Assembly (NCBI GenBank): GCA_020891255.1
Contig: BQFW01000011.1
Coordinates: forward strand, 1,240,001 to 1,304,000
Length of the DNA stretch: 64,000 bases
Direction: 5' to 3'
Source: Entomortierella parvispora E1425
Lineage: Eukaryota; Fungi; Mortierellomycota
Position numbers and translations under genes: made by a program. Below the pieces are notes generated by a model. The model did no database searches, was not told the DNA's origin, and saw only the letters and a program-made list of their open reading frames with translations. Shown one piece after another: positions 35,959-48,735 of this stretch; position 1 is the first letter of the stretch, and every line of letters starts with the position of its first letter.

Positions 35959-36252
35959 CGCGAAATCACCCAACTGCATCCTTGTCCCCGTTGACGCGTC
36001 CCTTTACCTGGCTGAGCTGGCTGTAGCTTAGCACAATGTCTCCTTAGCCCTTTCTTCGCAGCTAGGAATGACCCCACTCCTCTTCCCCGGCATAACAAGG
36101 ATGTGGTGGATGAGTGGACGATTTACGATGCTATTTTTCATTTATTTATATACTCGCAAAGGGTTTCTTTAGTTGTTTTGAGGGCGATGTTGGAGTGGAA
36201 GTACTGCTCGGCTCTCATTACGATGAACAAAGCGGGGTATTTTTTTTTTTGT

Positions 36253-39126
36253 TTACTTGACATCGCAAAGTGTCGTACCGGCCTCAATCATATCACCCTC
36301 GCCAACGTTCAGGGTCAAGGTGCCGTCATGACGGGAGTAGAGACGGACCTCGGTCTTCATAGATTCCATGGTCAAGATGGCCTGATTCTTCTTGACGACA
36401 GTTCCAGAGGGGACCAAGATCTTGAGGATCTTGCAGGGCATGGGCGCAGTGTAGGGCGAGAAGACGTCGTCCTCACCCGCGGCAGCGCTCTTCAATTTCT
36501 CCTTGCGGACGAAAAGAATCTGCTTTCCGCCAAAGTCCTTGGTGTGCACGTACATCTCGGTCGAGTGGGACTCGATCGAGCCGTTGGCAATGTTGTAGTC
36601 CCGCGTAACACCATCTATTTTTTTTTTTTTTTTTTTTTGAAGGACAAAAAACATGCAATTGTAAGCAAACATGTCAAATATTGCGAGAAAATAACAATAA
36701 AAAAAGAACAAACAGAGAGAGAATAACATACCAATGGTGCACCGGAGGACACCGCTGCGTTCGCCAAGGTCATCCTCATCCACTTGAACCTTGCCCAATC
36801 CAACCTGGGCCGTGCGCCAGGGGCCGGGAGCCTCCTCTCCTGCGACCACAGCCCTGTACAAGACTTCAAACTTCTTTTCGGCCAACTTTTGGTTAGGGGG
36901 CACCCAGCCGCCCGGCTTGACCAAATGCGCATACTGCAATTCGATCGTCCTCTCGGCCACCTCGCCCGTGTAGCCATCCTCCTGCTTCTTGTGCTTGACA
37001 TAACGCCAGCCCGAAGGGATATACTTGAGCTCTGTCCGGGCCTGCTCACGGAGGTGCCAGCCCCACAACATGGGCACGATCGCCAACCGATCCTCATCCG
37101 GGTGCGGGGTCAAGTTTTGTTTATGGATCGCTTCCTCTTCAATGAACCGAGTCGACAACCTGCCCGATTGGAAACGAGGGTGGTTCAAGACCTGGATCAA
37201 GAATTTGCGGTTCGTGGTCACGCCCAACGCCACCGTCTCGCGCATGGCCAACGCCATCTTTTGAATGGCCTGTGCACGTGTCGGGGCCCAGACTGAGATC
37301 TTGGAGATCATGGGATCGTAAAAGATGGAAATCTCGGACCCCGTCTCGATACCGCTGTCGTAACGGACATTGTCGGCCGTGCACTGCTTCCACCGACGGA
37401 TCTTGCCCGTGCAGGGCAAGAAATCGTTCTCGGGATCCTCTGCATACAAGCGACATTCGATCGAGGAACCGTTCAGTTTCAAATTGGGCAGTTGAGTCTT
37501 GGAGATATCGAATCCTTGCGCGACCAGGATCTGGAGCTCGACCAAGTCTAGGCCTGTGACCAGTTCTGTAACGGGATGCTCGACCTGGAGACGGGTGTTC
37601 ATCTCCAAAAAGTAGAATTTGCGAGAGACATCATCCTAGAAGAAAAAAAGAAAAGTATACTTAGATCTCAGTAATTACTGGAAATTTGACCAAAATAAAA
37701 AAAAAAAAACCCCCCAAAAGAGCGAGATCCAAGATAGCTTACGACAATAAACTCGATGGTACCAGCTCCCTCATAACGCAACAACTTTCCAATCTTGACC
37801 GCAGCCGACGTCATCTCGTGACGCAACTTGTCGTCCATCATGGGCGAGGGGGTTTCCTCAATGACCTTTTGATGTCTGCGCTGGATGGAGCACTCACGTT
37901 CAAAGCAGTGGTAGACGTTGCCATGCTTATCGCCCATGATCTGGATCTCGATATGGCGAGCGTTGGAAAAGTACTTTTCAATCAACAGTTTGTCGCTTCC
38001 GAACGATCGCAACGCCTCTGATTTCGCCATCTCAATCTCATCCTTCAATGCCGCGGCCTCGTGGACGATACGCATGCCCTTGCCGCCACCGCCGGCCGAG
38101 GCCTTCAACAGGACGGGGAACTCGATCCGGATCGCTTGTTGAATCAAGTTGTCAATGTTTTGGTCCGCACCGTTGTAACCGGGAATCAAGGGGATGGAAG
38201 GTTCCTTGGCTGCAAGCAAGTTCTTGGAGGCAATCTATTTTTTTTTTTGTTCGTAGGGAGAATAGGAGAGGACTGTACGATTTAGACCGGGTTCAATCCA
38301 CCTTTCTTTGTGGTTTTCTTGTTGTTTTGTTCTTTGATGCAGTCGGCGAACTCCATGTCTACCTTGTCTCCAATGGCAAGAATTGATTCGGGTTGGGGTC
38401 CGATAAAGTTGATGCCGGCATCTGTGCAGGCCCTGGCAAAGTCTGTGTTCTCGGACAAGAATCCGTATCCTACAAAGCGGATGGCAGCAAAACAACGGAC
38501 GAGGTTAAAGAAAAATCGGCGATAATGTTATTCAATTTAGCAGACACCCATCCGGTTGTCGTCGACCAGCCCGTCATTCCGCCTTTCCCCCTGACGACTG
38601 AAGCGACCGATCTGATCCATCGTTGCCGCGAATGGGCTGAACCCGGCGTATAAAGACGGGGAGGGGTCGTTGTTACCTGGATGAATGGCGTCGGCTCCAG
38701 TGACTCGGCAGGCCTCCAAGATCTTGTCACCGCAAAGGTACGACTCTGATGAGGGAGAGGGTCCAATGAAGACCGACTCATCCGCCATGCGGACAGCAAG
38801 CGAGTTTTGATCACTGTTGTTTGAACAAAGGTCGAGATGTATATGTGTATAGGTTAGAAAAAGAAGAGAAAAAAAGACAGATCTGTGTTGCCCTTCGGGA
38901 TTTCTGATCTCGGCTGGGAATCAAAAAAAAAAAAAAAAACGTGGAGAAAAAAAAAGACAGAGTCCAGAGGGGGTCGGCGTATTTTTATGTTCATGTTCAC
39001 TTGCCTCTCAGAGTAGACGGCGACAGTGGCGATACCGAGCTTGCGGCAGGTCTTGATGACTCTGCATGCAATCTCTCCACGGTTGGCGATGAGCACCTTG
39101 CGAATGGGTTGTTGTCCCTGGGTCAT
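36253..39126 (-). CDS. Biotin-dependent acyl-CoA carboxylase alpha subunit (biotin carboxylase + BT + biotinyl domain; MCC/PCC/GCC-like), multi-exon
   Basis: [80 protein letters not shown], biotinyl site ESMKTE. Confidence 0.93.
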
Positions 39127-39558
39127 CGTTGTAGGTTTTGGTTTTGTGTTGTGTTGTGTTGTAATGTAACAAAGAAAAACGAAAAGGAGAAGAAAAGTAG
39201 AGAGGAAAGAAAAGAAGAGGAGAGGAAAGAGAAAGGGAGATGATTGTGGAGTGAAGAGACAGAAGGGAGAGCCCTGAATGATGGGGGCGCGAGAGAAGGA
39301 TGCGGAAGGGAAGAGAGGAAATGTGTTTGCTTTGATGAGAATGCGGGTCTGTCTGCCCCATTCAAAGAGGAAGGATTGCACGCGTGCATCGTCGCGTCCT
39401 TTTCGCTGTTCGCTCAGTCACTCGCACATAATAGTGCATGCAGACGACAAGGTTCGCTGGTCACTTGCGGTCACTTGCGGTCACTGTAAAGAGACATGTC
39501 CAAAGCGAACAGTCGCGTCGCCCGGTTGGGTTTCGGCGGGGTCCCAGTCGGCCTGTTC

Positions 39559-39559
39559 C

Positions 39560-39628
<69 letters not shown>
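39559..39628 (+). repeat. (GTCT)n tetranucleotide microsatellite, about 17 units
   Basis: Perfect GTCT run directly visible. Confidence 0.95.
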
Positions 39629-39629
<1 letters not shown>

Positions 39630-39973
39630 CCGAAGGGCCGTTCTACTACATGTACTCCCTTCCTTTCCCCTTCAATTGAAAACAGAACTCCCTGCCGCCT
39701 CATCTCTCCTCTTTTCCCCCGCTGTGCTCACTCTCTTTTTTTTACTTCTCCACAGTTCTGTCGCATGTGAATGTTCGACGCGTTTGGGTGGACGTGGTGT
39801 AATAATCAACATATGTATTACGACTTGTTTCGTCGGTATGTAGGTATGTAGGTAGGTAGTAAGAGAGTTGTTGTACATATCTATCTAGTCCTTGTTCACG
39901 TCGCCCCGCTTCCTGGTCCTTATTTCATGTTTCCCGTTTTTTTTTTTTTTTTTTGGTTTGTCTTCGGGTAACT

Positions 39974-41206
39974 TCAAAGGCCCATCGACAAGGCAGAGCT
40001 CGGTCGAAGATGAGGCGACGATGGAGGCGAGTCCATCATGGCGGCGCTCATCATCATCATGTCCGAGTCCCTCCTACGGTCCTTTTCGCCCACTTCGCAT
40101 TCCTCCAGATCGTACCCGAGTCCAAACCCAGCGTTGCGACCCTGAGGCACCGACCCCGGATCCAAACCGACTCCTGTGCCCACCCGGTTGGTCAAGTTGG
40201 AATAACTACGAGCACGCGTCGTCGGTGTCGTCATCATGTGGGCGGTCGAGGTCGGGCGAGGCAATGGAAGGACCCCGGACGAGGAGGGCGGTACAGGTGT
40301 GGAGGGAGAAGAGACCTCCTCAAAATCAGAGGCCTGTTTTTGACTGGGGGACTGAGGTTGTTGTTGGTGATGATAGTTCATATCCTGCGCAAACCCAGCC
40401 GGTGGAGGTTGACTCGGAGACGAGGGCACGGAGCAACCTAGACCACTGACCTGGGTCGGGGATGCAGGGTCTTGGTGGGGTGATTTGGTGTCCGTCACCC
40501 CTTCCCCATGATGGGTAGCGCCGGCACCAGAGGCAAGTCCATAAGGGGGAAGATAGGAGATGGAGGACGTCGCTGATCCACTTGTGCCTTGACGGTGGTG
40601 ACTTTCGTACTGATAAACTGATCGTCCCGGCCCCGACATCTCGGCCATACTGGGCCGGCCCTGGGGATTAAATCCTCTTTGCTGGAGGTCCTTCTTGTCG
40701 CGGTAACAAAGATAAAGACCGGCCCCGACCAGGACCACGGCCCCTGCCAAGGAAACGATCACGATTTGAACAAGATAGGATCGTTTCGTTTCCTTGCCCG
40801 TGGACAATGAGGGATCCACGAACGTCTCACCAGGAGTGCGGTTAGTTTGACTGGGATCCATTCCAATCCAGGAGACACCCTGAGGGACAGGTGCCCTGGT
40901 GTTGAGATCCTTTAGTAGCGACTCTACAGAGTAGAGATAGGTTTGGCAGGTGGCGTCCTGGTAAACGGCAAACAAAGGCGTAATCTGAGTGTTGGCCTCC
41001 TCTGCTGCAAAAGATGCAGCAGCACTGGGGAGCTGAACACAGCTGCTCTTTGTGGCCGTTAGGGTCGTCGTGCTACCATCGGTGTTGACAACGGACAGGA
41101 CGATTGATGAAGATGGATCGAGGGGGACAGCATCGGTCGATGAAAAGAGACACACAAGCAAGAACGCGAACGCGGTCGCAAGGTATGACTGGAGATGAGA
41201 TGCCAT
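39974..41206 (-). CDS. Orphan type I membrane protein (signal peptide, small Cys-containing ectodomain, one TM, S/P-rich tail)
   Basis: ATG 41206: MASHLQSYLATAFAFLLVCLFSSTDA; TM YLVQIVIVSLAGAVVLVGAGLYLCY followed by RDKK. The track's upstream extension is UTR microsatellite. Confidence 0.8.
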   Translation of the reverse strand: MASHLQSYLATAFAFLLVCLFSSTDAVPLDPSSSIVLSVVNTDGSTTTLTATKSSCVQLPSAAASFAAEEANTQITPLFAVYQDATCQTYLYSVESLLKDLNTRAPVPQGVSWIGMDPSQTNRTPGETFVDPSLSTGKETKRSYLVQIVIVSLAGAVVLVGAGLYLCYRDKKDLQQRGFNPQGRPSMAEMSGPGRSVYQYESHHRQGTSGSATSSISYLPPYGLASGAGATHHGEGVTDTKSPHQDPASPTQVSGLGCSVPSSPSQPPPAGFAQDMNYHHQQQPQSPSQKQASDFEEVSSPSTPVPPSSSGVLPLPRPTSTAHMMTTPTTRARSYSNLTNRVGTGVGLDPGSVPQGRNAGFGLGYDLEECEVGEKDRRRDSDMMMMSAAMMDSPPSSPHLRPSSALSMGL

Positions 41207-42218
41207 TCTGGAATACGGTTTTTTTTCAAGGTGCTGGGCAAAAGAAACGAAAGATATGACAAGGTGCCGAATCGAAGGAACAAAAAAAAAAAAACAAAAA
41301 AAAAAAAAAAAAAAAAAAAAGAGAATAATCAACAGCAATATAGGTGCTGACCAACGCCAAGAAGGAATGGATAAAGAAACGGAGAGAGAGAGACAGAGAG
41401 AGGAAGAGAGAGAGAGAGAAGAGAAAGAGAGAAAGAGAAAGAGAGAGAGAAAAAGAGAGAAGGAGAGGGCGCTACAAAAAGAACCGTGAAAAATGAAGGC
41501 TGCCAGGTGGGCGGCAGGGATAGATGGAGAATAGGATGCAAGGTCTCGACGGGTTTTTTGGAATTCGCTGATGGGAGGAGACCATGCAAGACGAGGAAGG
41601 AGAGACAGGGAAAGGGGACAGCCAGGAAAGAAAAGAAAAAAATAGAAGTAAGGGGGTAGCAAGAAAAAGAAAAAGAAAAAAGAAAAAAAAGATCTTATTC
41701 TGTGAACATGGCGAAGGAACATGCGAGATCGACCTGGAGGAAAGGAGAGGGCGGGTGTCAGGGGGGTAGGATATCTATTTCTCTTGCCATCGTTGCGGTG
41801 CAATGGGCTGAAAGAAATAGCGTTATGGGCGCTTTGGCAAAGCAAACGATAAAAAAAAAAGAATCGAGGAATGGACAAATAGCGTCGAAGAAGAGTGGGC
41901 ACAAAGATGCAACATGCATTGCCAGGGTTGAACTACTCTTTGTTTGAAAAAGTGTGCGCAAGGTGTTTTTCCAAAGCAGCGCCACTTGTTTGTGGTCAAG
42001 AGCAGCTAGTGGCTGGCCCTGTGGGGGGAAGAGGAACGAGCTTTGCTCGCGGCCTAGGATGAAAACGAAATGTAGAGCAGATCAGACAAGAGATGGAGGA
42101 GGAGGAAGGGGATGAGAGAGAGTCTTCTTTCCAGGCTCTCACCGGTTGGAGAGACGGCGTGACCTTCAAGGGCTCCGTGCTTCCTTTGTTCTTTGCATTG
42201 GGGGGAGCGAAAAGACAA

Positions 42219-42249
<31 letters not shown>

Positions 42250-42380
42250 AAGAGAGGGAGACAGAGAGAGAAGGCCGAATCAAGGGGAGGGACCGCGTCG
42301 CCTATGCTTGGGTGCCTGGCAGGACTTGGATCGAGGCGGTACAGTCGTCGCGTAGAAAGAACCGACACAAGTCGACACGA

Positions 42381-42416
42381 CAGATAAAACAGATAAAACA
42401 GATAAAACAGATAAAA
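42381..42416 (+). repeat. 9-mer tandem repeat (CAGATAAAA)x4 upstream of the ABCC gene
   Basis: Directly visible; each unit contains GATAA. Confidence 0.9.
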
Positions 42417-42951
42417 AAACAAGCAAGAACGTGTCGCGTCCCGTTTTGGGGTGAGACATCCGCTGCAAAAAAACGGCCATTTTCTGTTCCACGTCCGCAA
42501 TGCCTCTCGTGCGTGTGGTGTCAGCCAAGGTCATCCTGGCAGCGTGGCGGCGATCGAAAGAGGCGAGTCGCTGCTGCTGCTGGCCTTGTCTGTCCAGATC
42601 CCTCGTTTGTCCAGATCCCTCATCTTGATTCATCTCTGTCCATTTGCTCATTCGCTCCATTCCCCCCCGTGATTCCGACTCGTTTCTTGCTGGTACGGCT
42701 GAAAATCATCTTTTTTACTTGCTGGGCATGCGCACGATCGCCCTTGCAGCGATTTTGCTCTGTTTGGGTCTGCTTAGCCCAGACTCTAATCTTTTGTACC
42801 CGGTTTCCATTCTGCCCTTGCTCATAACCACAGAAAGACAGCTCAAGCCCTGCTGTCAAGACGACCCTCGAGGATTATACCTGACGAAACTATACCTGAC
42901 GAAACACATAGTGGATAACCCCTTTTTGATCGGCTGACGCACAGAGGATCG

Positions 42952-45900
42952 ATGGACGATATAGAAAAGGCCGTGTCTCGACGGGAGCTGGCCGCCAACG
43001 CCGATTTTGTGGAAAAAGGCGAAACCTCGGAAATCAACCACAACAATAACAACATCAATGTCCGCTCGAACGACGGGCGGAAGGTCAACAACAACAACAA
43101 CAACAACAACAATAACAACAATAACAACGTCCAGCGCATATCTGCTAAAAACAACAAGAACCAAAAACCACCCTTCCTCCTCGGAGATCGGTTTTTTCTC
43201 CTCAACTGGTGCTACCTTTGGGTCTTTCCTTTGATTCACCGATGCCGTCAACAAAAGAATTTTAAAAAGATCCTTCTTAAACTGGCCAACATTCTCACTG
43301 CAAAGAAGAATGGCGAAGATCTGGATGTCAAGTGGGCGCAAGAAAAGGAAAACGCCGCAAAAGCTGGAAGGTAAGGATGATGTCTGTCTGCCAAAAAAAC
43401 ATCATTGTGGTTATCTTGAGACAAGAGCCTTTATCTTTTTGAAGGTACTCCCTGGTGCGTCATGGCTGACATTCTTGGCTCGACCATAGACCGGCCAAGC
43501 TTATCAGGGCACTCTTCAGCCTCTACGGAACAAGGTACATCTTGATCGGCGTCTGGAAGCTGATCTGGGGAGCCTGTACTTGGGCGGGTGCCTACTACTT
43601 TTTGCGCGTCTCGCTCGAGTTTTTCGAACAGAACATGGCCGCGAAAACGGGTTATCTCTACGCCATGGGTCTGCTCTTGACCTCTTTCGGGAGCTCCATT
43701 GCGATTCATCAGCTGTATGGACAATGCACGGCCCTTGGTATCCAGGTATGGCACTAAAAAACAGACATGAATGACGGTCAGATCACAGTTTAGAAATTGC
43801 CCGCTGAAACGACGTTTCATGTAACCACATTGTTTTTTTTTTAGGTCAAAGCATCTATTTCAGTCTTGATCTATCGCAAAGCACTTGTGTTGGCCAGGAT
43901 CCGTGGAGGCGCTGGTGAAATCATCAACATCATTTCAACGGACGTGGCCCGCATTGTCGAAGCCGTCACCAACTTTCACTTTTTGTGGTCCGCGTTTGTC
44001 GAAACCATCCTTATTCTCGCCTTGACTTTCCCCACCGTGGGCTGGGCCGGAGCCTTGACAGCCGTATGCTTAGTCCTTGTGATCCTGCCCGTTCAGATCT
44101 TTCTCGGTCGATTGACGTCCAAGATCCAGATCGAGCAGACATCCATTACAACAGAGCGTGTGCACTTGATGAGTGAGATCTTGACGGCTATCAAGCTGAT
44201 CAAGTTCTATGCTTGGGAGGCGCCCTTCCAAGATCAGGTCAACCAGGTGCGCGCCAAGGAGCTGGCTCTGTTCAGAAAGAATTTGCAGGTCAAGGCTGTC
44301 AACATGGCTGTGGTCTTTGCACTCCCAGTTTTGGTCGCCGTCTCCTCTCTGGCCGTTTACAACTTGAAGCGAACAGGACCTATCGATTCGAGTGTGGTGT
44401 TCACGGCTCTCAGTATCTTTAACACTCTCCGTTACCCACTTTTGATGCTCCCCCTTGCTGTGAAAAGTACCTCTGGTGCTCGATTGGCTCTGCATCGTTT
44501 GGACGACTACTTGACTCAACCTGAAGTCGAGCCTCTGGAAGAACGGCCCCTGTCTGAAGGCGGTGATGTCGCTCTGGAATTGACCGACGGCGAATTTACC
44601 TGGGACGGGGACGACAGTGGACCCGCTCTTAAAGGAATCAACCTCAAGGTCAAGCGTGGAGAGGTTGTGGCCATTGTCGGAGATGTCGGTTCAGGAAAAA
44701 GTTCATTTATTGCGGCTCTTCTGGGACAGATTCGTCAGACAGGAACAGGTCCCAAGTTGAAACTCTATGGCAAGTCGTCGTATGTGCCCCAGGAGGCTTG
44801 GCTGATCAATGTCAACCTGAGAGAAAACATCATCTTTGGCAAGGAATACGAGGCAGAACGTTACAACACAACGGTCAAGGTCTGTGCTCTTGAACGTGAT
44901 CTAACTCTTCTGAGCCACGGTGACATGACCGAAATCGGTGAACGAGGAAGCAATCTGTAAGATCGATAGAATGGGGAATCAATGCGCTCTATACCTTTTT
45001 TTTCTCCAGGACTAACATTCTCTGAAAAATGTCACTTGTATCATCTATAGTTCTGGAGGTCAAAAGCAGCGCGTGTCCATGGCTCGCGCAGTTTACCACA
45101 AGTCCGACATTGTGCTCATGGACGATCCATTGTCGGCTGTGGACCAGAACGTCGGAAGGCACATCTTTGATCAGTGCATCCGTGGCTTCCTGTCTGACAG
45201 AACTGTGATCATTGTCACTCACCAACTTCAGTATCTTCATCGATGCGACAAGATTGTCATGCTCCAAAACGGAAGAATTGCTTACCAGGGAACCTACAAC
45301 GAACTCATGGCAAACGAGCCCACCTTCAATACCTTGATCAACACTCACGTTTCAAACGAGGACGACGAGGCACCGCCAGAGGAGGGAGCAATCCTTCCTG
45401 AAGAGGACCTTGGAAACAATGGTGATGTCGAGGACGAATCGCATATGACGCTGGCTGAGCAACAGGCTGCCAACGAGGCGGACAATCAGGTGACCGCCAG
45501 TGGACCGCCCTCCTTGATGAGGCTCGCTCGCATGGGCGCCGGTCCACGACGACACACTCTTCCACCCGGTACCAAGGTTGGAGACGTCCCCGGCACGGCT
45601 ACCATCGTCAACCAGAACTACGCGACCATCACTCCTCAGGAGCGACTCCGTCTTCTTCAGCGCCAGCTGCCCTACATCAACAGCGACAGTATCTTGGCCA
45701 GCACGCTTCAGGAACATACCAACCTTGATTTTATTAACCGATTTGGCCGAGACAGTGGTGCAACCGTGAGCAACGGATTCAGTCGTGCTGTTTATAGGAA
45801 CGAGTTGACAATCTACTCGATCCCTGAGGGAGTAATCTATGGCAGCCGAAGCAAGAACAAGAAGCGCTCCAAGACCATGAAGATGAAGCACCGCAGTTCC

Positions 45901-48735
45901 GTCACGGGGGCGTCCACTCGCAGGAGTAGTATGAGGAGCAGCGGAAGCTATGACTACTCGGATGATGAGGGCAACCTGCATCATCATTCTGGGACAACAG
46001 GTCAGGATGATATTGAGCCAGTGTATGATACTGCAGATATAACAAGTGATGAGGATTCCGAGGAAGAGGAGGACGAAGATGGCAGTGGACGATTGATCGG
46101 CGACGACAAGAGTATGGATGAGCTCGGATTTGCAGACTATGTCAAATACTTCCGATCGGGATCGGGTGTCTTTATCACGATCCTGTTGATCATCCTGTTC
46201 TTTGTTGCTCACGGTATCCGTATCGGATCCGATTACTGGCTTCGACTTTGGGTGCCAAATACTTTGAACGCGTCTGACTCGCTTTACTTGGGAGTCTATG
46301 GTGGATTTATCTCCATGTTCACTATTGCTGTCTTGATCAGAGGTCTTTGGTTTGCTCACGAGGCTACTCTCAAGTCAAAAGAGTTGCACGATCGTGCTTT
46401 CAAGGTAAAAACTTCATTCTCTTTTTTCTTCTTTTTCTCGAGATTGTGATTATTCCAGTCTCCTGTTACTGACTTGACTCTTCATCATTAGTCTGTGATG
46501 CGTGCTCCCATGTCCTTCTTTGAGACCACATCCTTGGGTCGAATTCTTTCTGCCTTCTCAAAGTGCATGTTCACTGTCGATGATTCGCTTCCAGATGCCG
46601 CACTGATGTTCTTGCAATATTGCCCTTTGGCTCTCGGTGCTTTCTTGCTGATCGCCTGTATTGTCCATTGGCAAAACGCTGTCACGGTCGTTGTTCTCCT
46701 GATCATTGCTATCCTTGTGGTCTGGTATGGAAGTCCTGCCGACTCGAAGCTGAAGCAGTTGGAAGGTAAGGGCGTTTACTTTTTCTTGTTATGGTGTGTT
46801 TTGTAGAAACGCAATGCAATTTGCTGACCCGATGTTGTTCGTTCGACTCGTTCGTCCATGATAGCTCTGAGCAAACCACCAGTATTTCAACACATTACCA
46901 CGACGCTCGAGGGTCTCTTTTCCATTCGAGCTTACAATGTCCAGAGTCGGTTCGATACCATGAACATGGCCGTCCTGGACAAGAACCACGAGAGTCTCTA
47001 CGCCATGCTGACAAGTAAGTTGTCAATGAGACAGCGCCTCTTTGCAGCTAATTAGCCCATCCCATAATCTTGAAGTTGCTAACACCAACGTTTTTCTAAT
47101 TGTCCTATATTAGCCAAGACGTGGACGGCTTTCTATTTGGATATCATCTCGTCGCTTATGATCTTCAGTACTGCCTTGTTTCTTGTCATCCACAGAGATA
47201 CCATCCCCGAAGCATCCTCGGTCGCAGGTTTGGCCCTCTCCAACGCCTTGCAGATGTTGGTCTTCTTACAGTGGACCGTGCGTCAAATGGGTGAAGTGCA
47301 GGCTCAGATCTCGACGGTCGGTCAGTTGGATTACTACGGCCGTATGATCGAACCCGAGGCGCCTGCTGAGAGACCCGAAGCTCGCCCCGATCCTTCTTGG
47401 CCACAGGAGGGCAAGATCGATTTCAATCATTTGGTCTTGCGTTATCGCAAAGACTCCCCTCCTGTTTTGAAGGATGTGTCCTTTACCATCAACCCCAAAG
47501 AAAAGGTTGGTATCGTGGGAAGAACCGGATCCGGCAAATCGACCTTGTTGGTCGGCTTGTTGCGCATTGTCGAAGCCTCTGAGGGTGCAATCAGTATCGA
47601 TGGCGTGGACATCTCTAAACTGGGCTTGAAGGATCTAAGGACCAAGGTCGGAATCATTCCTCAAGAACCAGTTCTCTTCGTGGGCACGATCCGCTCCAAT
47701 TTGGATCCTTTTGGTCAATTTGAGGATAACGCGATTTGGCGGGCGTTGGATGCGGTCCATTTAGGCGAAAAGGTCAAGGAGATGCCTCTGAAGTTGGACT
47801 CGCCTGTGATTGAGCACGGCAAGAACTTTTCGTTGGGTCAGCGTCAATTGATTTGTATTGCGCGTTCGTTGGTCATTGGATCCAAAATCATCGTCCTCGA
47901 CGAGGCTACGGCCTCGATTGATATGGTCACCGACAGGCTGTTGCAAGAGACCATCAAGGTCAACTTTGCAGACTGCACCGTGCTCACCATCGCCCATCGA
48001 CTCAATACCATCATCGAGTCTGACAAGGTGTTGGTCATGGACGGAGGTGTTGTAGCCGAGTTTGGTGAGCCTCACAAGTTGTTGCAGGATCCCAATGGTA
48101 TCTTTGCAGAGCTGGTGAGTCACGCCGGTGAGGCTGCGTCCAAGAAGTTGGCCATGATCGCAGCGGATTCCCACAAGGACAGGAACAAGGGATTAGATCT
48201 AGTCGCAGAGGAGATTGAGTCTGAGAAGGCCAAGCTGGCTCTCGGCCATGAATTAGCCGGACAACCGGTGGCACTTACGGACCATTTGGCATCCCCTCCC
48301 CCAGAAGGAGTGAAAAGAGCTCCCTCGGATTTGTCCTTGAAGCCACAATCGATGCTTGCCCCTCCAGGGAGCAACAACAATGACGGTGCATCTGCAACGA
48401 CAGGAAGTGGGGAAACCAAGGGATTGGCTAGAGCAAAGGCTCAATTACGCACGTTGAGTTCGACGAGCGTCGTGCCCGATGTGACGACGCAGAGTGGTGG
48501 AGATCTTTTGACAAGTGGGGCTAGCGTCGGAGCTACAGAAGGTTCGATGCCTTCCTTTGTGTCCGGTGACAAGCCCAGGGGCGAGGCCGCTGTCGAGAAG
48601 CAATTCAAGAAAATGTTCAAGGATCCTTCTGCTGATACGCCCGAGGGAAGTCCCGAAATGAAACCAAGAGAGATCCGTCCCGAGGATTATGATCCTGCAC
48701 AAGATCCCAACGCCGGGCCGTCCTCTCGGCCGTAA
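42952..48735 (+). CDS. ABCC/MRP-family ABC transporter, short type without TMD0, multi-exon
   Basis: TMD1-NBD1 (GDVGSGKSS; spliced NLSGGQKQRVSMARA; LMDDPLSAVD) and TMD2-NBD2 (GRTGSGKST, NFSLGQRQL, VLDEATAS, IAHRLNT). Confidence 0.95.

Noticed and set aside
38290-38299. GGTTCAATCC T-loop-like motif
   Set aside because: No flanking T-stem, D-arm or acceptor stem; lies inside an intron on the other strand.
41207-41902. Upstream extension of the 642-aa track ORF
   Set aside because: Translates GA/poly-A microsatellite leader (poly-F/S/L); the real start is the signal-peptide ATG at 41206.
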